Positions 57,920 to 63,463 of a DNA stretch of 63,463 nt are shown here, one piece after another. Origin of the DNA: an uncultured Nitrososphaerales archaeon. GTDB taxonomy: Archaea > Thermoproteota > Nitrososphaeria > Nitrososphaerales > JACAEJ01. A program made the position numbers and the translations under genes. The stretch's first letter is position 1; each line of letters opens with the position of its first letter. A model generated the notes under the pieces. That model worked only from the letters and a program-made list of their open reading frames with translations, had not been told where the DNA came from and did no database searches. The stretch covers positions 1 to 63,463 of the forward strand of contig CALLJF010000021.1 of the NCBI GenBank assembly GCA_938091495.1, read 5' to 3'.

Positions 57920-59044
57920 TTATGAGCCAAAGCCTTCGCACTTATACTTTGTAAGAGGTTCAACTCCGTCTGATTTTACCAAAAAGGTATCTTCACACTT
58001 CAAAGAGCCTATTCTAGGGATCATCAAAGGAGCATGGACGAAAGCAAGGACCATGTTTTCAGAAACTTTGAACTGTCTTTGAGCAGATAGAATCGTTGTT
58101 ATTGGATCTTCCTCTACCAGAAGACCTACTCCATGGGCAAAGCCTGTTAGATAGTACTTCTCATAATCATTCTTTTCAAGTATTTTCTTTATTTCATTCT
58201 CAACGTCGATGAACTTTACTCCAGGCTTAACATTATCCTTTGCCTTTTCATATGCATCATGTAGGGCTTGATGAGCCTTTTTCGCTTCTTCTGATGCTTT
58301 GCCAACAAATATGGTTCTGGTTATGTTGCTATTGTATCCTATACAATCTGCAGAAACCACTACTGAGACTGCGCAATTGTTTCTAACCTTAACATCATTA
58401 CGAGGCTCTGCATGGGCCCTTGGATTTGGACCAGCGTTCACATATACATGAGGAGATTCTGAACCTGCTTTTATCATATCGTATATGGCTTCAGCAGCAA
58501 TATCGAGCTCACTAACTCCAATTGAAATAGAATTCAAAGCTTTATCCAAACCTTTCTCAGCTATCTTGGAAGCCTTCTTTATCGCTTCGATCTCATCGTA
58601 ATCCTTTATCATTCTGAGATTCATTATCATACCATGAACGTTTCTCACTTCTATCTTAGGGTTGAGAGTCTTAAAGAGTTCAAAAAAGGCTACATAAGAG
58701 TCTCTCTCAACACTATAGTCAAAGCCAATTGTTTTGTAATTATGATCTCTTATCCATCCAGTAATGCCTTTCATCAAATCTTCAACTTTTCTATAAGTAA
58801 CAACATCTTTGATCCAAGTCTTGCTTAGGAATTCTTCTACCTCTTGCTCAACTATGAATGCTGTAGGTTCTCCCTCAGCAGGTATCATTAAAGATGGTCT
58901 TAGCCACTTTATGCCAGTAAAATACATGAAGGAGGATAAAGTTCTGATGTTCGAAGCTTCTATTTTGGATTCTTTCATCGACTCTTGGAACTTTTCAACT
59001 CTTTTCCTTAAGCTATCTTTATTGAACATTTGGTAATCATCCAC
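57920..59044 (-). CDS. M24 (Xaa-Pro peptidase/creatinase) fold protein with non-canonical metal ligands
   Basis: LRMIKD..EIE.I..A, GY.S.ITRT, HGVGL and .EDT.LV motifs; ligand substitutions described in findings. Confidence 0.85.
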   Translation of the reverse strand: MDDYQMFNKDSLRKRVEKFQESMKESKIEASNIRTLSSFMYFTGIKWLRPSLMIPAEGEPTAFIVEQEVEEFLSKTWIKDVVTYRKVEDLMKGITGWIRDHNYKTIGFDYSVERDSYVAFFELFKTLNPKIEVRNVHGMIMNLRMIKDYDEIEAIKKASKIAEKGLDKALNSISIGVSELDIAAEAIYDMIKAGSESPHVYVNAGPNPRAHAEPRNDVKVRNNCAVSVVVSADCIGYNSNITRTIFVGKASEEAKKAHQALHDAYEKAKDNVKPGVKFIDVENEIKKILEKNDYEKYYLTGFAHGVGLLVEEDPITTILSAQRQFKVSENMVLAFVHAPLMIPRIGSLKCEDTFLVKSDGVEPLTKYKCEGFGS

Positions 59045-59100
59045 CTTAATCTAGGCTTTGCACAGATCATTAATATAAGCTTTAAACACGAGTAAAGAAA

Positions 59101-59667
59101 TTATAACTTTCTGACTATAAGGATGACTCTTTGAAGGAATGTAATAAGAGCCAATATTAGAACTACAATAACTCCATAGTTGACATATCCTAAAATGCTG
59201 ACGATTGATAATACAAGTATTCTTTCTGCTCTCTCACCTATGCCAGTCCCTGAGAGATTTATCCCTAAAGATTCCCCCCTAGCTCTAGCATAGCTGACAA
59301 GTAGAGAGAAGGACAAAGCCATTAAAACCAAAACAGCATCACTAAAGCCTCCTATTAGTATACCAATGTATACTAACAACTCTCCCAATCTGTCAAAAGT
59401 AGAATCTATGAAGGCTCCTCTTGATGAGACTAAGCCTTTAACCCTTGCCACTGAGCCATCCAATACATCCGCAAAGCCCGATATTAGCAAAAATACCCCG
59501 CCATAAAACCCGTCTTTAAAGAATATACTTGAGTAAAGTAAGCCTGATAGAAAAGCCATTGTTAACCCAAAGGATGACCAGAAGAAGGGAGGCAAGCCGG
59601 CTTTAGCAACTAGTACGCCTAACTTGTTAAAAAATGGTTCAAAGATTTTCCTAAATTTGTTGAGCAT
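59101..59667 (-). CDS. CDP-alcohol phosphatidyltransferase (archaetidylinositol phosphate synthase-like)
   Basis: D.LDG..AR.....S.RGAF.DS..DR and SY.RAR.E..G....G..ER.ER motifs. Confidence 0.9.
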   Translation of the reverse strand: MLNKFRKIFEPFFNKLGVLVAKAGLPPFFWSSFGLTMAFLSGLLYSSIFFKDGFYGGVFLLISGFADVLDGSVARVKGLVSSRGAFIDSTFDRLGELLVYIGILIGGFSDAVLVLMALSFSLLVSYARARGESLGINLSGTGIGERAERILVLSIVSILGYVNYGVIVVLILALITFLQRVILIVRKL

Positions 59668-59760
59668 AGCCCCTATATCTTTTTATGATGGAATATAAAT
59701 GTATGAAAAAGCTCTAAAGTCAAATTGCTCAATTTTATATTCTAGTATTTTGTAGCTTCT

Positions 59761-59979
59761 ATGATGGCTTTGGGTAAGGTTCAGAAGGGCGTAATATGCT
59801 CTGTGATAGATTGTAACAATGAAGCTATTCGCTCGTTGGGCAGAGACAAATTTTCAGCGTCTGATCTAAAATTAAAGGAAGGAAGAAGGGTTTACCTTTG
59901 TGAGCATCATTACAAAGTGTGGAAGAAAGAAACAAAAAAGATGAGAGAATTAGATAGGCTAAGGTATGGTCAAAAATAG
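59761..59979 (+). CDS. Conserved small Zn-binding protein (CxxxxC..CxxH)
   Basis: GKV.KGV.CSV.DC...A.RSL and RVYLCEHHYK.WKK.TK motifs. Confidence 0.75.
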   Translation: MMALGKVQKGVICSVIDCNNEAIRSLGRDKFSASDLKLKEGRRVYLCEHHYKVWKKETKKMRELDRLRYGQK

Positions 59980-60020
59980 TTATATACAGGATAACCTGTT
60001 ATTCCATAAGGCGTAGTCAT

Positions 60021-60413
60021 ATGGCTGAAAAACCAACAGCTGCGTTTATCTTATCTCTGATCGGGGCTATATTAATCCTCATTGATGGTCTATGGGTGGC
60101 TGTCACATTTTCTATCCTGGGTGGCATAGGTTTTTTGTTGCCAGGGTTTGAGTGGCTAGGTGGTTTGTTTCTCATTGTAGCTGCAGTAGCCATTATACTG
60201 GGTATACTCGCCCTCATCGGCGCCATGATGATGAACACTACAAATAAAGATAAAGTCAGAACAGGGTCGATCCTTGTACTGGTCTTCTCGATAATAAGTC
60301 TGATCGGAGGAGGTGGTTTCTTCATAGGTTTCATTCTATGCCTAATAGGCAGTATACTAGGACTTACATGGAAACCCACAGCTACAGCCCCGCCCCCACC
60401 GCCTCCTACGTAA
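60021..60413 (+). CDS. Small membrane protein with a poly-Pro tail (DUF4064-like)
   Basis: KPTAAF.LSLIG..L, IISL..GGGF.IGFIL.LIG.ILGLTW and C-terminal APPPPPPT. Confidence 0.75.
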   Translation: MAEKPTAAFILSLIGAILILIDGLWVAVTFSILGGIGFLLPGFEWLGGLFLIVAAVAIILGILALIGAMMMNTTNKDKVRTGSILVLVFSIISLIGGGGFFIGFILCLIGSILGLTWKPTATAPPPPPPT

Positions 60414-60424
60414 AGGAGGCTTTT

Positions 60425-60580
60425 TTATTCTCTACTAATCCTGTTAAGATAGTCAAAAAGCTGGCGGGCGTAGTTACTTAGTCCATCGACACGTTTAACT
60501 ATTTCAGCGAATTGAACTTCTAAACGTGTAACCCTCTCTTTAAGTTCAGCTATATCCCTATCATAAGATTTTTCAGACAA
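60425..60580 (-). CDS. 51-aa coiled-coil small protein
   Basis: Manual translation from TTG: MSEKSYDRDIAELKERVTRLEVQFAEIVKRVDGLSNYARQLFDYLNRISRE; clear heptad pattern; converges on a T-rich tract at 60419-60426. Confidence 0.55.
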   Translation of the reverse strand: MSEKSYDRDIAELKERVTRLEVQFAEIVKRVDGLSNYARQLFDYLNRISRE

Positions 60581-60709
60581 ATTCTCTCGTCATTAAATTT
60601 GGATTTATGACTATTTGAGCTTTGTGCAAAATTTCCTTAAACTGGTTGGATTTGTTTATAAATCCATGGCCAATTCTATATACCTTAGTTTGTGGCGCTT
60701 GGTGAGGTA

Positions 60710-62101
60710 ATGAAGATGGTAAATTTCCAAGCAGGCAATTACTATTTAATGGATAAAGATGGACAAGTACACACTATAGATAGCGCAAAAATAAAAGATC
60801 AAAACCTTCAAGCTTTAATCGAAAATGAAGTGTATAAAAAGAGCGTTGCTAAAAAGGCCCCACACATAGAATTAATGAAAAAACTCAAGTTGGTAGGATA
60901 TGAAGGATTATCTGAGCCAGGTCACATAAGACTAACCCCAAAAGGAACCCTGATCTTTGATTTATTGGCTGATAGGGCTTTACAAATAGCTTTAGAGTTA
61001 GGGGCGAATCCCATCAAAACACCAATCCTTTATGATCTTGATCTTAAGCCCGTGAGTGAACACGCTAAGCTTTTTGGTCAAAGGATGTATAAACTAAAGA
61101 GCGGTAAGAGAACCTTTGCTTTAAGGTATGCTGCTTGCTTCGGACAATTCTCTTTCCTCTCAGATTCAATTATATCTTACCGAGATTTACCTCTTAAGAT
61201 CTTCGAATTAGCTGATAGCTACAGGCTTGAGCAGAGGGGAGAATTGATAGGGCTTGCAAGGTTAAGGAAGTTTCATATGCCAGATATGCATATACTATGC
61301 CATGACCTGGAAGAGGCTAAAGTCGAATTTAAGAAAATTTATAAAAAATGCTTTGAGGAAGGGGAAAAATTCGGTTGGGATTATGTGAGCCTATATAATG
61401 TTAGTAAGGGCTTTCTTGACGATCCTAAAGGATTTGATTATATTAGATCTTTGGTAAAGATGGAAGGAAATCAGGTCTTAATTAATGTAGTTGAGTCTGG
61501 CATGTATTATTGGGTCCTTAACATTGAATTTAATTTCGTCAGCCAACAAAAACGTATCATCGAGAGCTCTACTGCCCAGATAGATGTTGGGAATGCTGAA
61601 AGGTTCAACATATCTTATGTAGATGAGGAAGGTAAGGAAAGAAGGCCTGTAATAATCCATACAGCAGTTATAGGATCTTTGGAAAGATTCATGGCAGACT
61701 TATTGGAAAGGGCATCGAGTTTAGAAATTCCCTCTTTGCCAACATGGATCTGCCCAGTTCAAGTTAGGCTCATCAACGTAAGTAATGACTCTTTAGACTT
61801 TACAATAAAATTGGCTGAGAAGTTTAATCATAATAATATTCGGGCTGATGTTGATGATAGAAATGAGAGTGTGGCAAAGAGGATAGCCAGTGCCGAAGTT
61901 GAATGGATACCATACATAATAGTTATAGGCAAGAAAGAAGTTAATGGTGGAAAATTGCCAGTTAGGATAAGGTCTTTAAGAAAGACGATAGATATGAGCG
62001 AGGAAGATTTGTCAAAGAAAGTTAAAGATGAAACTCAGGGTTGGCCATACCGTCCTTTATACTTTAACATGCTCTTATCAAAAAGGCCAAAATTTGTCTA
62101 A
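60710..62101 (+). CDS. thrS: Threonyl-tRNA synthetase, catalytic and anticodon domains only
   Basis: RYAACFGQF, YRLEQRGEL.GL.RLR.F.MPDMH and IHTAVIGSLER motifs; no N-terminal editing domain; RBS GGTGAGGT. Confidence 0.92.
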   Translation: MKMVNFQAGNYYLMDKDGQVHTIDSAKIKDQNLQALIENEVYKKSVAKKAPHIELMKKLKLVGYEGLSEPGHIRLTPKGTLIFDLLADRALQIALELGANPIKTPILYDLDLKPVSEHAKLFGQRMYKLKSGKRTFALRYAACFGQFSFLSDSIISYRDLPLKIFELADSYRLEQRGELIGLARLRKFHMPDMHILCHDLEEAKVEFKKIYKKCFEEGEKFGWDYVSLYNVSKGFLDDPKGFDYIRSLVKMEGNQVLINVVESGMYYWVLNIEFNFVSQQKRIIESSTAQIDVGNAERFNISYVDEEGKERRPVIIHTAVIGSLERFMADLLERASSLEIPSLPTWICPVQVRLINVSNDSLDFTIKLAEKFNHNNIRADVDDRNESVAKRIASAEVEWIPYIIVIGKKEVNGGKLPVRIRSLRKTIDMSEEDLSKKVKDETQGWPYRPLYFNMLLSKRPKFV

Positions 62102-62988
62102 GGCTTTCTACTATTCTGAGATAAATAAGATAAGCCAATAATTTCATTCATAAGCTTTGCAGCTACTACGGCTGTAATGCCACTATCATAAAGAGGTGTG
62201 AGCTCTACTATATCAAATCCTATGATCTTCTTTCCCTTTAATGAATAGAGAAACTCTAATAGTTTATGTAGAGATAGGCCATCAGGCTCAGGGTTGCCTA
62301 CTCCTGGGGCGAATGATGGATCCAGTGCATCTAAATCAATACTTACATAAACGTTTTCGAAATCCTTGAGAAAATCTAGTAATAACATTTCTGCATTCGG
62401 AATAGTTCGTATAGTTTGCAGTGATATCAGAGATAGTCTTATCTTATCAGCAATCTTCCATTCGTCTCTGCTAGCAGCCCTAGAACCGATATGAATGATA
62501 GATTCAGTTCCTACCTTATCTGTCAAGCGCCTAAGAAAAGTTGCATGGCTTAACTTCAGTCCAGCAAACTCATCTCTTAAGTCTAAATGAGCATCGAATA
62601 TTATGAGTGCGGTGTCTTTAGGCATGGAAAGATATGCGCCAAAAGTTAAAGTATGCTCCCCACCGAGAATGCCAAAAGTTACTCCTTCTTGAACTAGTTC
62701 TCTCACAACTTTTTCTACTGAATAAACCATATCATCAACATCATTGGTTAGTTTTAAGTTTCCGAGGTCTAACAAACTCAAACTTTCTAGATCAACATCT
62801 AAGAAAAGAGAATAAACTTCAATGTTCATGTAGGCTTGCCTGATAGCATTAGGACCAAATCTTGCACCAGGTCTAAATGTTACAGTTGAATCAAAAGGAA
62901 CGCCAAAGATTTTTACAATAGGCTCCATACCCTCTTTTATAACGGTTATTAAAGGCTCTGATGTGAGGAAAAGATCCTTATAGCTCAT
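62098..62988 (-). CDS. speB: Agmatinase
   Basis: GVPFDST..FRPGARFGP, GGEHT, DAHLDLRD and SIDLDALDP..APGVG.PEP.G motifs. Confidence 0.93.
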   Translation of the reverse strand: MSYKDLFLTSEPLITVIKEGMEPIVKIFGVPFDSTVTFRPGARFGPNAIRQAYMNIEVYSLFLDVDLESLSLLDLGNLKLTNDVDDMVYSVEKVVRELVQEGVTFGILGGEHTLTFGAYLSMPKDTALIIFDAHLDLRDEFAGLKLSHATFLRRLTDKVGTESIIHIGSRAASRDEWKIADKIRLSLISLQTIRTIPNAEMLLLDFLKDFENVYVSIDLDALDPSFAPGVGNPEPDGLSLHKLLEFLYSLKGKKIIGFDIVELTPLYDSGITAVVAAKLMNEIIGLSYLSQNSRKP

Positions 62989-62989
62989 T

Positions 62990-63463
62990 CTAACTTAACC
63001 TTTCTAAGAGTGAAGCAACTATTAAGGGGAATGCCAATGTTACCTCACTTACTACCACAACCTTCCTTGCATCCTTGTCTATCTTCCCCCAAGACACAGC
63101 TTCATCCAATGTTGCACCAGAAAGCCCTCCAGTCTCCGGTCTATCAAGAGTTATCTGTATGACGTAGTTCAACTTTTTCCTTTCGAAGTAAAAGGATTGG
63201 AATACATAATTCTTGGGCACTCCTCCTCCAAGGATCACTGCCCCTACATTATCATACATCTTTCTTATAGCCCAAATCTCCTGAAGATCCATGAATGCAT
63301 CGACACGCAAAGTATCTTTTTTCTCTTTATTGTGCATCGCTGCCATAAGGCCATAAACAGAGTCTTGAATGGCAGGGGCAAATATCCTTACATTATTAAG
63401 GTAGGCAGACTTAAGTATTGAATCCTTGCCTGGCAAGCGCTTAGCTATCTCCATAAGAAACTC
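62990..63463 (-). CDS. dys: Deoxyhypusine synthase (C-terminal part; runs off the window end)
   Basis: PAIQDS, GAVILGGGVPKN and ETGGLSGA.LDEAVSWGK motifs; frame is open to the window edge. Confidence 0.92.
   Translation of the reverse strand, partial: EFLMEIAKRLPGKDSILKSAYLNNVRIFAPAIQDSVYGLMAAMHNKEKKDTLRVDAFMDLQEIWAIRKMYDNVGAVILGGGVPKNYVFQSFYFERKKLNYVIQITLDRPETGGLSGATLDEAVSWGKIDKDARKVVVVSEVTLAFPLIVASLLERLS

Noticed and set aside
1265-63421. Many alternative ORFs in the track (e.g. 1265-1507, 2685-2978, 6644-6949, 14350-14694, 36483-36935, 44662-45063, 55432-55884, 60017-60379)
   Set aside because: They are antisense or frame-shifted shadows of well-supported genes or RNAs and carry no recognisable motifs.
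1-63463. CRISPR array, rRNA genes, IS transposases
   Set aside because: No regularly spaced repeats, rRNA-like segments or transposase motifs were seen by eye.

Overview
AT-rich archaeal chromosomal segment, mostly housekeeping. Several genes resemble Thermoproteota/Nitrososphaeria families, and there are methanogen-type hallmarks (SepRS, MtrH-family methyltransferase, FpoF-like F420 protein, Fpo-like complex I); the lineage is inferred, not verified. The left edge is the att boundary of an SSV1-type integrated element: an int(C) gene fused to a tRNA 3' half. The window also holds an 11-subunit-type Nuo/Fpo complex with split J (12 genes) in two divergent operons and no NADH input module, followed by GGR-MenA-GGR. 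Other content: a four-subunit 2-oxoacid:ferredoxin oxidoreductase, NurA-HerA, a Tes-like radical SAM, GlyRS, CysRS, SepRS, a ThrRS lacking its editing domain, fibrillarin/Nop5, SRP RNA and seven tRNA genes. Five tRNAs carry introns (seven in total, four at non-canonical positions), and several small genes are frameshifted. The most notable observations are: (i) two different tRNA-Cys(GCA) genes, one beside SepRS and one beside CysRS; (ii) an unannotated single-K-turn, stem-closed C/D-like RNA whose guide points at 16S rRNA C1402; (iii) the FpoF-like/MtrH pair and the quinone cluster around the headless complex. No rRNA or CRISPR array was seen.
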